64,000 nucleotides of DNA, taken from NCBI GenBank assembly GCA_964616985.1, contig CAZTVF010000010.1, forward strand, positions 649-64,648, given 5' to 3'. This document shows positions 49,054-59,154 of the stretch, piece after piece. The stretch comes from an uncultured Planctomycetaceae bacterium. Lineage in GTDB: Bacteria; Planctomycetota; Phycisphaerae; SM23-33. The position numbers were made by a program, and so were the translations under genes. The notes beneath the pieces were generated by a model, which did not search any database, was not told the origin of the DNA, and was given only the letters and a program-made list of their open reading frames with translations. Numbering within the stretch: the stretch's first letter is position 1; each line of letters starts with the position of its first letter.

Positions 49054-52000
49054 ATGAAAAGGGTGGCTGCACTTCTGATGATGTTCGTCGTTGCCGCGGC
49101 GGTTGCGCAGGCGGCTGAGCCGAACGAGTCGCCGATCTTCGACGTGCCGCGGATGGAGAAGGTCGCGATCGACGGCAACGCGGTGGATTGGGGCGACGGC
49201 GGCTTCCGCATCGACCTGCTGGTGCCGCCGGATGGGCCCATTCGCAAGGCGTCGGACCATTTGTCTACGGCGCGGTTGGCATGGAACGACAAGGGCCTGC
49301 TCATCCTGCTGACGGTGCATGATGACAAATGGGTGGAAGGCCCTCGCATCGAGGAACTGTGGCGAGGCGACGGCGTGGAGGTCTTCCTGGCCCCCAAGCT
49401 GGCGGCCGCCGACGTATGCCAGTGGTGCGTCGCCCCGGGCATGATGGACGATCAGCCAAAGGCGCGATGGTTCCTGCACGACTTCCGCAAGGACGAATCG
49501 CTCAAGAAGCTCCCGGCCGAATTGACGGTCGCCCGCAGCAAGATCGAAGGCGGGTACGTCATGGAGATCCTCGCGCCCTGGGGGGCACTGGGCATCGAGG
49601 CCAAGGCGGGCGTCGAGGCCGCCCTGCAGATGTTCATCGACGACGTGGACGACGGCCTGACCAACTACGCCTACCACGCCGCGTGGTACCCCGGTGTGGG
49701 CACGGGGTACTACCACGATCGCATGCACCGCATCCGCCTGGCCGACAAACCCTCGCCGCCATTCGTGGCCACGGCCCGCGCGGACATCGATCTGACGAAG
49801 CTCGCCCCGCGCCTGACGGTGATCGCCACGGCTGCGCTGGCCGGCCAGGAAGCCTCAGCCGTGCTGGGCGACAAGACGCTGGTGTCGGCCAAGCTGGCCG
49901 TGGCCGAGACAGGCCTGGCGACGGTGACGATGCCGTTGCCGGCCCCGGCCGCCGGCAAGGCGTACGAGGACCTTCAGGCCCGGCTCGGCGGGCAGCTGGT
50001 GCGGACGCTTTCCGTGGCCGACTCTGGCCTGCTGGGCGAGGCGCAGGCGCTGCTGGCCCAGAAGGACCGGCTCGTCAAAGACTACGGCCTCGATCGCCCG
50101 TGGGACCCGATGGCCGACGCGCCGGCGATCGTCCGCAAGCATCGCGGGCTGGTGGCCTGGGCGGTGGACATGCTGGGCCGATCGCAGCGTGGCCAGGACT
50201 TCAACCTGCAGAACCTGTGCGACATGGCCGGCATCGTGGCCAGACTGGACAAGGGCGAGGACTATCTCGCTACCGCCCGCAACAGCTTCTGGTGCGCGTA
50301 CCTCAGCGCCGCTGATGGCTCGGGGCAGCCCTTTGCGATTCGCGTGCCGGCGGACCTTGACGCCAACGTCGCCGCGCCGCTGTACGTGTCGCTGCACGGC
50401 ATGACCACCCGCCCGCGGCCGGACGCCAACGCCGTCGTGAAAGGCCAGATGATCTGGGTGAACCCATGGGGCCGCGGCGACCTGGGCTACTGCGGCCTGG
50501 GCGAGAACGACGTGCTGGAGGTGATCCGCTGCGTGCGGCAGATGTACAACATCGACGCCAATCGCATCTACCTGGGCGGCACGTCCATGGGCGGCTTCGG
50601 CACCTGGGAGATGGCGTGTCGGCATCCGGACCTCTTCGCGGCCGTCTCGCCCAATTGCGGCGGCGGGGCCGAACTGCCCCTGGAGAATCTCCGCAACGTG
50701 CCCCTGTTCAACCAGCACGGCATGGCCGACTGGTCGGTCTCGATCGACCTGAGCCGCGTGGCCGTGGCTCGCCTTGCGGACCTGGGTTATTGCGTGGTGC
50801 ACAAGGAGTATCCGGGAGGCGATCACAACTACCGCCCGACGTACAACGTGACGAGCTGGATGCTGCAATTCGCCCGCCCGCAGCGTCCGGCGTGCGTGAC
50901 GCTCACCTGCCCCAGCCCCGCGCGCGGCACGGCGTACTGGGCAAGCGTCAAACGCATGGCTGACCCGCACCGGCCTGCGACAATCCGCGCGCAGGCGAGC
51001 GGATTCGGCGAACACCAGGCCCTCACGCTGGACCTGCACAACGTGGACGTGCTGGAGCTTGACACGACTTCGATGCCGCTGGACCCCAACGCCGGTCTGC
51101 AGGTGCAGTGCGGCCTCTCGCTGTTGACGGCCAAGGCGCCGCTGCCGGCGAAATTGTACGTGCTGGCTGGCGACGGCAACGCGACCTTGGGCGACAAGTG
51201 GCAGGAACCCGCCCAGGACGCCCGGCCGTTCGCCGCCGGGGCCGCAGCCGAGTTGTTCACCGGCGAGCCGCTGCTGATCGTCTACGGTTCGTCGGGCACG
51301 CCTGAGGCCAACTCGCTTCTCAAGGCCACGGCGGAGCGGCTGGCCTGCTATGGCGGCCCCGGCCGCGAGATGGCCAGCGGACGCATCCCCATCAAGGCCG
51401 ACCGCGACGTCGCCGAGATCGACCTCACCCGGTACAACCTGATCCTCCTGGGCCGGCCGGCGGACAACTGCATCACGGCACGCGTCGCGGGAAAGCTGCC
51501 CCTCCGCGTGGACGAGAAGAATCGCCTGCTCGCCGGCGGCCGGGCGGCCCTGGGCCTGGACGCCACGACGCTTCGCATGATCCATTACAATCCGCTGGCG
51601 ACGCAGCGACTGGTGTACATGGTGTGGGTGAACGCCGCCGAGGTCAAAGACGCCAACGCCTTCGCGCAGAACGCCCGCAACCTGCTGGAGAACGGCTGGG
51701 GCGGCGACCGCGTCAACAGCCCCGACCTCGTGGTGCGGACTTTGGACGGCACGCAACTTCGCCGCATGCAGTTCACGCACGGTTGGCAGTGGCGGCCTAT
51801 CGCCGGCGCCGACACGTCCGTGCCCGCGGCGTGCGCAGACCCCAACTGGATCCCCCGCGAGCTTGCCCGCCTGCTGCAGCGCAACTGCCAGGCCGACTAT
51901 GGCCTGTTCTGGGCACCCGACTCGAAGGAAAAACCTTCCTTCGACCCCAACGTATTCACGATGGCCGACTTCGCGACCGATGACGGCCCCCAGGAATCGC

Positions 52001-52284
52001 TGGTGGGCGAAGTGACGGGCGAGGAACTGATCGAGATTCACAAGCTGTTCCTGGTCACGCGACGGATGTTCGTCAGCCCCGAGATCGACCCCGCGGCCAT
52101 CAAGCCTGATCGCCTCTATCGCCTGGCCATGCCGCCCTGGCTCCCCGGCGACCTCAAGGAACGCCACAAGAACCTCCGCAACGTCCGCCCCGGGCCCGAC
52201 ATCTCCGCCTCCGCCATCCGTGCAGAAATGCTCCGTGCCGCCCAGGGAACTGCCGCTCCGGCCACACAGAAGGAGAGACCTTGA
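49054..52284 (+). CDS. Secreted multidomain protein: CBM9-like carbohydrate-binding domain plus alpha/beta-hydrolase (esterase) domain plus C-terminal region
   Basis: Signal peptide MKRVAALLMMFVVAAAVAQA. CBM9/DOMON-like N-terminus (AIDGNAVDWGDGGFRIDL...GDGVEVFL) and an esterase nucleophile elbow GGTSMGGFG after PLYVSLHGM. The track ORF starts 51 nt earlier. Confidence 0.7.
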   Translation: MKRVAALLMMFVVAAAVAQAAEPNESPIFDVPRMEKVAIDGNAVDWGDGGFRIDLLVPPDGPIRKASDHLSTARLAWNDKGLLILLTVHDDKWVEGPRIEELWRGDGVEVFLAPKLAAADVCQWCVAPGMMDDQPKARWFLHDFRKDESLKKLPAELTVARSKIEGGYVMEILAPWGALGIEAKAGVEAALQMFIDDVDDGLTNYAYHAAWYPGVGTGYYHDRMHRIRLADKPSPPFVATARADIDLTKLAPRLTVIATAALAGQEASAVLGDKTLVSAKLAVAETGLATVTMPLPAPAAGKAYEDLQARLGGQLVRTLSVADSGLLGEAQALLAQKDRLVKDYGLDRPWDPMADAPAIVRKHRGLVAWAVDMLGRSQRGQDFNLQNLCDMAGIVARLDKGEDYLATARNSFWCAYLSAADGSGQPFAIRVPADLDANVAAPLYVSLHGMTTRPRPDANAVVKGQMIWVNPWGRGDLGYCGLGENDVLEVIRCVRQMYNIDANRIYLGGTSMGGFGTWEMACRHPDLFAAVSPNCGGGAELPLENLRNVPLFNQHGMADWSVSIDLSRVAVARLADLGYCVVHKEYPGGDHNYRPTYNVTSWMLQFARPQRPACVTLTCPSPARGTAYWASVKRMADPHRPATIRAQASGFGEHQALTLDLHNVDVLELDTTSMPLDPNAGLQVQCGLSLLTAKAPLPAKLYVLAGDGNATLGDKWQEPAQDARPFAAGAAAELFTGEPLLIVYGSSGTPEANSLLKATAERLACYGGPGREMASGRIPIKADRDVAEIDLTRYNLILLGRPADNCITARVAGKLPLRVDEKNRLLAGGRAALGLDATTLRMIHYNPLATQRLVYMVWVNAAEVKDANAFAQNARNLLENGWGGDRVNSPDLVVRTLDGTQLRRMQFTHGWQWRPIAGADTSVPAACADPNWIPRELARLLQRNCQADYGLFWAPDSKEKPSFDPNVFTMADFATDDGPQESLVGEVTGEELIEIHKLFLVTRRMFVSPEIDPAAIKPDRLYRLAMPPWLPGDLKERHKNLRNVRPGPDISASAIRAEMLRAAQGTAAPATQKERP

Positions 52285-52363
52285 GCAGATGCCCGCCCGG
52301 CCAGCTAAGGCTGCGATTGGCTCTGCAGTAGGGTGAAGATGCCAGATTTGGACAGGGCCCGGC

Positions 52364-53636
52364 TCAGACCGCCTCGTCGCGCGGGGTCTGGTGCGGGCTG
52401 AAGGGCTTGTGTCGGGCGGGGTCGAGTTCCAGCCCGTCGGTCCGCAGTTGCGGCTGAAGCTCCTTCACGTCGAGGCAGCGAATGTCGGCCAAGCCCTTCT
52501 CTAGGGCCATCGCGACGGCTGTGCCCGCGGCCTGTCCCATGGCGCAACACGTGGGCGTCATCCGCATGGAACTGTGGACAACCTGGTCGACGCTGATGCA
52601 TTTGCCGGCCATCAGCAGGTTCTGCCAGCCGCGGGCGATCAGGCATCGCAGCGGGATCGGGTACGGGTCCACCTGTTGGCGCCAGCCGGTGTTGCCGGGA
52701 CGCGTGAGGCTGTGGAAGTCGATCTGGCTGGTGGCGACGGCGATGCCATCTGCGGCCGAGCGGGCCGCCCCGCCCAGTACCTCCGACTCGGTCAGGACGT
52801 GTTCGCCGATGACCCGCCGCCCCTCGCGAATCCCGATGCTCGCCCCGGTGCTGGCCAGGGCGTGGTTGGGGAACTTCGTGCGATTGAGGAAGTGAAGCAC
52901 CCGGGCCACCTGCCGGCGACCCTCCAGTTCAGCATCGCTCAGGCTCAGCGGGTCGGTCGGGTCGTGCAGCATGACCTTCGTCGCGTTGCAGTAGACGCGA
53001 CCGTCGCCGAGACCAATCCACACGTGCAGGCCCGGCAGGTCGGCCTCGGATGCGATTTCCGCCAGGCCTGCCGGCAGGTGCGGCCGCACGGGCCGTCCGG
53101 TGTCGTAGAGCGTGAAGGTCAGCGTCATGTGGAGCGTTCGCCCGTGCTGCGGGTCGCCCTTCACGAAGGTCGCCCCCGCGGCGGCGGCCAGGTCGCCCTC
53201 GCCGGTGGCGTCGATGAAGTACTTCGCGGCCGCCGTCAACGGCTGGCTGCAGCTCAGGACATGGAGCCTTCGCACGCGGCCGGCGTCGGTGTCGGCCCCG
53301 TGGACGCTGGCATGCAGCAGCACGCGCACGCCGGCGCGCTCGGCCAGCATCTGCCACACGATCTTGAGGTACTCCGGATGAAAGAACCGCCCCTGAAGGC
53401 GGGCGCCGAACTCGTCCAGCCCGGCGACGACAGCGGCGAAGATGTCGCCCATGCCGTCGAGGTTGGCAAACCACTCGCCCACGCCGCCGGTGGTGCTCGT
53501 GCCGCCCAGGCAATTTGCCTCCTCCACCAGCACGACCTTGTGCCCCCGCCGCGCTGCGGCAATGGCGGCTGCGCACCCCGCCGTGCCGCCTCCCGCTACG
53601 AGGATGTCTGCTTCCAGCGGCTCATGTTGCGTCATG
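52364..53636 (-). CDS. FAD-dependent oxidoreductase (FAD_oxidored family, GlpB/HI0933-like fold)
   Basis: DILVAGGGTAGCAAAIAAARRG (GxGxxG), ATG at 53636 (MTQHEP...). The track's GTG alternative is 8 nt upstream. Confidence 0.8.
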
Positions 53637-53650
53637 TCGTCCACTCGTCA

Positions 53651-54205
53651 TCACTGTGCCGTGGAGGTCTTCATGATCTCGGGGATGCGGCCGGTGGTCT
53701 TGTAGTTGTCGGCGCGGGCGAGGACGGCGACAAGCTCGCCGCCGGAGATGTCGGTCGTCATCAGGCCGGCGGAGATGAAGCCGAGGTACTGCATCTCGCG
53801 AAGACAGTATCGCTGGCTGGGGCCGGCGACCATCAGGATGACCCCGCCCCGCAGGCTCAGCGCCTGGTACATCATGTATCCGAGTTCGCCCTTGGTGACG
53901 GGCCTGGCGGCCTCGAACGTCCACGACGGATCGACGACCTTGCGTTCGAGCAGCTTGTTGACGCGGTCGGCGAAGGTCGCGGTCTCGTCCTTGTCATCCA
54001 TCAGCAGCAGCACGGCCCGCATCGCGTCGTTCTGGGTCACGCGGATTTCGGATGACACGCGGTCCAGGAAGGCGGGCGATTCCTCCCCCGCCGGCAGCGT
54101 CGCATCGCCGCCGCTCACGATGTTCGGAACCGGCCCGGTGCTGCAGCCGGCCAGGGCCGCGGCCAGGGAGATCGTCAACGCCTGCATTATGTGTTTTGCC
54201 TGCAT
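53651..54205 (-). CDS. Lipoprotein, hypothetical (184 aa)
   Basis: RBS GAGGA. Signal plus lipobox MQAKHIMQALTISLAAALAGC-S. Starts 11 nt after the outer-membrane barrel gene's stop. Confidence 0.6.
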   Translation of the reverse strand: MQAKHIMQALTISLAAALAGCSTGPVPNIVSGGDATLPAGEESPAFLDRVSSEIRVTQNDAMRAVLLLMDDKDETATFADRVNKLLERKVVDPSWTFEAARPVTKGELGYMMYQALSLRGGVILMVAGPSQRYCLREMQYLGFISAGLMTTDISGGELVAVLARADNYKTTGRIPEIMKTSTAQ

Positions 54206-54216
54206 CGCTGGGGTCC

Positions 54217-55626
54217 TCAAAAGCTGAACGTCATGCCGGTGTAAACGAACTGGCGGCACGTGCGGTCGTCGCCGAAGGCCTCGCTGGGCTGGAACGCGCC
54301 GTAGCGCACGGTCCACGTCACGTCCGACGTGATGCGCCAGTCGCAGTAGGCGTCCCATTCCCAGCCCAGCCACTGGTTGTTGCGCGTGGCGGTGGAGTCG
54401 CTGATGCCGCCCGACCCGGTGGCCTTCTGGAAGAAGAAGACCTTCGTGCCCATCTCGAGCTTGCGGAACAGCGTCACGCTTTCCAGCGGGTAGAAGCCCG
54501 ATCCCAGACTGTAAATATGAATGTTGGATATCTCCGGGGCGAACGCCAGGCCCGTGTCGCGATAGCCGAAGGCGTTGAACGCATTGTCGGGAGTGCCCGT
54601 GGCGTTGCCGCCGACGGTGGCCGTCGCGTTGCCGCGGTCGGCGTCGCCGCTGCCGTAGAGGTACTCGACATTCACCTTCGGATGCGTACGCACCTGGAAC
54701 AGGTATTCCAGCAGGGCGTCGTAGGCCCAGGCGCAGATGTGATCCTGGCTGCCGTCCTTGACGCCGCTGGAGTACGTCCGCCCCCACTCGCCGGCCAGTT
54801 CCGTCTGGTAGCGCAGGTCGGGCAGGATCAGGTTGCCCGTGCTGCCCATGCCGACGTATCGCGAGGTGTACTCATAGGATTGGACCTCGTCGTCGGGCGA
54901 AGGGTCGGTGCGGTCATCATTGTTCAGGAAGTACACGAAAGGCCGGTGGTGGTCGAGCAGGTACGCCAGTTCGCCCCCCCAGAAGCAGCGTTTCTGGTGA
55001 TCGGCCACCGCGGCAGAGCGGTCGATGTTGTTCGTGTGCCAGATGCTCTTGCCGAGGATGCCCTTGGCTTCAAGATTGCCGATGGCCCCCTGCACCTCGA
55101 CAACGTCCATCGGCATCGCCAGCACCAGGCCCGTGCCGATCGTCTCGTATTCGCGTCCGACCTTGGCCCTGAGGCGGAACGGCGGCGACTGGCCAGACTC
55201 GTTCTTCACCATCTGGCCCAGGTCGAATTGGTACCAGGCGCGCTCCAGGCGTTGATCGTCCTGATCGTCGCCTCGGCCGGTGCCGAGGTTGTCGCCGTGA
55301 TTCCAGTCGTCCCACCCGGCCAGGCCGCGGATGTAGGCCTTGTGTACGCCCTGGAGGCTGGCGGCGGCCCAGCCACGGATCTCGTACTGACGAAGCGTGC
55401 GGTTGCGCTGGGCGGCGGCGTCGTCGAAGTTGAAGTAGGCGAAGTTGAGCCAGCCGCCGGCATCGACGCCGGTGTCTCGCGCGGCCAGGTTCTGCTGGTC
55501 CAACTGCACCCGCAGTTCCTCCTGGTAGGCCCGAATGCCGTCCTGGGCCCGCGACTGCGGCGGCGCCAAGATCAGTGCCATCGACGCAAGGGCAAAGGGT
55601 ACAGCCCATCCATAACGCTGAACCAT
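54217..55626 (-). CDS. Outer-membrane beta-barrel protein (porin/alginate-export-like)
   Basis: Signal peptide, alternating amphipathic beta-strand pattern, C-terminal ...YTGMTFSF with a terminal Phe. Confidence 0.65.
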   Translation of the reverse strand: MVQRYGWAVPFALASMALILAPPQSRAQDGIRAYQEELRVQLDQQNLAARDTGVDAGGWLNFAYFNFDDAAAQRNRTLRQYEIRGWAAASLQGVHKAYIRGLAGWDDWNHGDNLGTGRGDDQDDQRLERAWYQFDLGQMVKNESGQSPPFRLRAKVGREYETIGTGLVLAMPMDVVEVQGAIGNLEAKGILGKSIWHTNNIDRSAAVADHQKRCFWGGELAYLLDHHRPFVYFLNNDDRTDPSPDDEVQSYEYTSRYVGMGSTGNLILPDLRYQTELAGEWGRTYSSGVKDGSQDHICAWAYDALLEYLFQVRTHPKVNVEYLYGSGDADRGNATATVGGNATGTPDNAFNAFGYRDTGLAFAPEISNIHIYSLGSGFYPLESVTLFRKLEMGTKVFFFQKATGSGGISDSTATRNNQWLGWEWDAYCDWRITSDVTWTVRYGAFQPSEAFGDDRTCRQFVYTGMTFSF

Positions 55627-55840
55627 GTCGTGTCCTCGGAGCCTGACTTGCTGCCGTTGATGGTGCGGCCGCGCCAGCCCTGTGCGGGCGATTGCCCCTG
55701 TGAACTGGCATAAGCCTCAATTGGGCAGAAGTCTATGGAAGCCGGTCGGGGCTGTCAACAGGCAAAGCGATGCTGGTCTCCTCGGGCGACCGTCGTTGGA
55801 GGGTGCATTCGGTTCATGGTGGCGGTTACGGCAGTCTCCG

Positions 55841-56006
55841 CCCCGGCCGGGCTTGTCCCGGCCGAGCGATGATTGGCCACTGCAGTTGGCGGCAGCGTCC
55901 TGGTGGCCAGTCATCGCACCGCCGCCGCAAGGGCGGCGGGGGCGGAAGAAACGGCACCTGCCTCGGTAGTGGCCAATCGTCGCCCCGCCCGGACAAGCCG
56001 GGGCGG
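55841..56006. promoter_or_regulatory. Long imperfect inverted repeat in the rpsA upstream region
   Basis: A ~38-nt arm CCCCGGCCGGGCTTGTCCCGGCCGAGCGATGATTGGCCAC (55841-55880) faces GTGGCCAATCGTCGCCCCGCCCGGACAAGCCGGGGCGG (55969-56006). The motif GGCCARTCRTCGC occurs three times. Confidence 0.45.
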
Positions 56007-56148
56007 AGGCGGGAGGACAGCAACCATAGGGGAACGCACCGCTCGACATCAGATTGGTTTGACACTTTCCACCGTCAGGGGTTATGGGTATGATGATACG
56101 ACTTACGGCGGACGGTTCCGCTGGGTGTGCTTCTTGCGAGGATTCTGC

Positions 56149-57657
56149 ATGAGCGAAGGCAGTAAGAAAGAAATGAACCTTTACCGGCCCCCGGACAATC
56201 TCGATCCCGACCTGCAGAAGGAACTGGACGAGGCCCTGGGCGACATGAGCCTCGAACAGATCATCGACGCCGACCAGGCCGGCAAGACCGCCGGCGCCCG
56301 TGCCGCCGTGGGCAAGGGCGTGCGAAAGGGCCGCGTCGTATCGATCCAGGCCGATGACATGTTCATCGACATGGGCGGCAAGAGCCAGGGCATCCTGCCC
56401 ACCAGCCAGTTCAGCGCCGAGGAGGCCATGCCCAAGCCCGGCGATCTCGTCGATGTCACCATCGAAGGCTACAGCTCGCAGGAAGGCCTGCTGCTGCTTT
56501 CGCGCGAAGGGGCCGTGCTGGCCGCCGCGTGGGAGACCCTCGAAGAAGGCCACATCGTCGAAGGCCGCGTCACCGGCCACAACAAGGGCGGCCTGGAACT
56601 CACCATCAACGGCATCCGCGCGTTCATGCCGATCAGCCAGATCGAGATGTATCGCGTGGAGGACCTCGCCCCCTACGTCGACAAGCGGCTGCGGGCGCAG
56701 GTCACCGAGGTGGACGTCGCCGAGCAGAACGTCATCGTCTCTCGCCGCGCGCTGCTGGAGATCGAAGAAGCCGCCAACCGCGAGAAGGCCTGGGAGACGC
56801 TGGCCGAAGGCCAGGTCGTCACCGGCACCGTGCGGAACATCATGCCCTACGGCGCGTTCGTCACGCTGGGCAACGGCATCGACGGCCTGCTGCACGTGGG
56901 CGACATGGCCTACCATCGCGTCGAAGATCCCAAGACGATCGTGAAGGAAGGCCAGGAGGTCAAGGTCAAGGTCCTCAAGATCGACAAGGAGACCCGCAAG
57001 ATCTCCCTGGGCCTCAAGCAGACCCTGACCGACCCGTGGACCGGCATCGAAGGCAAATACCGTGCCGACGCCGTCGTCTCGGGGCGCATCACCCGCCTGG
57101 CCGATTTCGGCGCGTTCTTCGAACTGGAGCCCGGCGTGGAGGGGCTCATCCCGATCAGCGAGATGAGCTTCGAGCGCCGCATCAAGCACCCCAGCGAAGT
57201 GGTGAAGGAAAACGACAACGTCAAGGTCCGCGTGATGAGCGTGGATCCCGAGAAGAAGCGGATCAGCCTCTCGCTCAAGCGCGTCGGCGACGACCCGTGG
57301 ACGGGCGCGTCGGTCCGCTGGGCCGAGGGCGCGCTGGTCACCGGCGTGGTCCGCCGCATCGCCGAGTTCGGCGCGTTCATCGAGATCACCCCCGGCGTCG
57401 AGGGCCTCGTGCACATCAGCGAGATCAGCGCCACCCGCATCCGCGCGGTGTCCGATGAACTCAAGGAAGGCCAGGCCGTGCAGGCCAAGGTGCTCAGCGT
57501 CGATGAGGCCGCCCGCCGCATCAGCCTGTCCATCAAGCAGGTGCAGACGATGGCCGAGTACACCGGCGCCCCCGCCGCAGCCGATGCGGCCGAGCCCGAG
57601 ACTCCGCCGCCCCCGCCGCCCAAGCGCAAGAAGCCGCTCAAGGGCGGATTGGACTAG
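56149..57657 (+). CDS. rpsA: 30S ribosomal protein S1
   Basis: RBS GAGGA. Repeated S1 domains (GRVTGHNKGGLELTINGIRAFMP, GTVRNIMPYGAFVTLGNGIDGLLHV, etc.) and a Pro-rich C-terminus. Confidence 0.9.
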   Translation: MSEGSKKEMNLYRPPDNLDPDLQKELDEALGDMSLEQIIDADQAGKTAGARAAVGKGVRKGRVVSIQADDMFIDMGGKSQGILPTSQFSAEEAMPKPGDLVDVTIEGYSSQEGLLLLSREGAVLAAAWETLEEGHIVEGRVTGHNKGGLELTINGIRAFMPISQIEMYRVEDLAPYVDKRLRAQVTEVDVAEQNVIVSRRALLEIEEAANREKAWETLAEGQVVTGTVRNIMPYGAFVTLGNGIDGLLHVGDMAYHRVEDPKTIVKEGQEVKVKVLKIDKETRKISLGLKQTLTDPWTGIEGKYRADAVVSGRITRLADFGAFFELEPGVEGLIPISEMSFERRIKHPSEVVKENDNVKVRVMSVDPEKKRISLSLKRVGDDPWTGASVRWAEGALVTGVVRRIAEFGAFIEITPGVEGLVHISEISATRIRAVSDELKEGQAVQAKVLSVDEAARRISLSIKQVQTMAEYTGAPAAADAAEPETPPPPPPKRKKPLKGGLD

Positions 57658-57679
57658 ACGCAGTTGCTCTTCGATCGAC

Positions 57680-57720
57680 GGGTGGCGGCCTTCCCAGGCC
57701 GCCACCGATCGCCGCCACGG
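57680..57720. repeat. REP-like palindromic element (family A) after rpsA
   Basis: GGGTGGCGGCCTTCCCAGGCCGCCACC followed by GATCGCCGCCACGG. Confidence 0.55.
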
Positions 57721-57737
57721 TTTGAAAAGGAGATGAC

Positions 57738-58955
57738 ATGTCCGCCAAGACTCTCGCCGCACGCGCCCTGGAACAGGGCAAAGGCATCGTCCGTCTGGCC
57801 CCCGCATGGGTGCCGCGTTCGTTCTGCGTTCCCGGCCGCCGGATCAAGCTGCACCCGGATGATTACTATGCCCTGGGCGGCAACCGCGGCGGCATTGACG
57901 AACGCTGGTTCTCCTCCACCACGCCCGCCGACAACGGCCCGCTGACCAGCCCCAACGAGGGGCTCAGCTTCATCGTCCTCGAAGATGGCGGCAAGACCGA
58001 GAAGTTCCTTCTCCGCGACGCGATCGCCGAACTCAAGGCCGAGTTCATCGGCGAACGGATCTGGAAACAGTATGGCCGCTGGCCCATGTATTCGAAGTTC
58101 TTCGACAACAAGGGCCCCCTGCCGCACCACGTGCACCATCGCGACGTGCACGCGGCCAAGGTCAACCAGTTGGGCAAGCCTGAGGCTTACTTCTTCCCCA
58201 CGCAGGTGAACAACCACGGCGGCGACTTCCCGTACACGTTCTTCGGCTTCCAGCCGGGCGTGACCAAGGCCATGGTCCGCGACTGCATGGCCGCCTTCCT
58301 CAAGGGCGACAACAAGATCACCAACCTGTCGGTGGCGTACCGCCTCGAACCCGGCACCGGCTGGGACGTGCCTCCGGGCATCCTGCACGCGCCGGGCAGC
58401 CTATGCACGTACGAGCCGCAGAAGGCGTCCGATGTCTTCGGCATGTACCAGTCGCTCACGGGCGATGCGATCGTGCCCGAGGACCTGCTCTGGAAGGACG
58501 TGCCGAAGGATCTTCGCGGCGACCTGGATTACCTCATCGAGATCATCGACTGGGATCTCAACGTCGATCCCAAGTTCGGCGAGCACCGCTTCATGCGGCC
58601 CCAGCCCGTGGGGCCGCTGGCCGACATGCAGAAGGCCGGCTACGTCGACAACTGGATCTGCTATCGCTCCGCCGACTTCAGCGCCAAGGAACTGACCGTG
58701 CTGCCGGGCGCGACGGTCAAGATCACCGACGCTGCCGCCTACGGCATGGTCATGATGCAGGGCCACGGCAAGATGGGCGTGTGGGACATCGAGACGCCGA
58801 CGATGCTCCGCTTCGGCCAGCTGTCGCACGACGAGTTCTTCGTCACCGAGTCCGCCGCCCGCGCGGGCGTGACGATCACGAACCCTTCGAAGACCGACCC
58901 GATCGTCATGCTCAAGCACTTCGGCCCCGGCAACCCGGACCTCAAACTGAAGTAG
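57738..58955 (+). CDS. Hypothetical protein with cupin-like His motifs (possible sugar isomerase fold)
   Basis: RBS AAGGAG. GPLPHHVHHRDVHAAK suggests a metal-binding cupin. No confident family. Confidence 0.55.
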   Translation: MSAKTLAARALEQGKGIVRLAPAWVPRSFCVPGRRIKLHPDDYYALGGNRGGIDERWFSSTTPADNGPLTSPNEGLSFIVLEDGGKTEKFLLRDAIAELKAEFIGERIWKQYGRWPMYSKFFDNKGPLPHHVHHRDVHAAKVNQLGKPEAYFFPTQVNNHGGDFPYTFFGFQPGVTKAMVRDCMAAFLKGDNKITNLSVAYRLEPGTGWDVPPGILHAPGSLCTYEPQKASDVFGMYQSLTGDAIVPEDLLWKDVPKDLRGDLDYLIEIIDWDLNVDPKFGEHRFMRPQPVGPLADMQKAGYVDNWICYRSADFSAKELTVLPGATVKITDAAAYGMVMMQGHGKMGVWDIETPTMLRFGQLSHDEFFVTESAARAGVTITNPSKTDPIVMLKHFGPGNPDLKLK

Positions 58956-59081
58956 CTAGTAGCCGGTAGTCGGTTCGATCTTTAGTGAGAACAAAACGGT
59001 GCCACCCCCAAACTCGTTTGGGGGTGTGCTGTTTACGGGGCGAACCTCGGCCCGCGCAGCCGGCGACCTGCGTGAGATAGT

Positions 59082-59142
59082 GGGTGGCGTCCTTCCCAGG
59101 CCGTCGCCCCTCCGGTTCGACGGCTTACTCCCAGACTCAACC
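59082..59142. repeat. Degenerate family-A REP plus the 18-mer CGGCTTACTCCCAGACTC, which is also present at 32392..32409
   Basis: GGGTGGCGTCCTTCCCAGGCCGTCGCC, then CGGCTTACTCCCAGACTCAACC. The same 18-mer sits in the intergenic repeat complex at 32300..32445. Confidence 0.45.
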
Positions 59143-59154
59143 GTAAAGGACTAC

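Noticed and set aside
49855-52167. 770-aa minus-strand ORF
   Set aside because: Shadow ORF opposite the CBM9/esterase gene. The composition is biased and it has no RBS.
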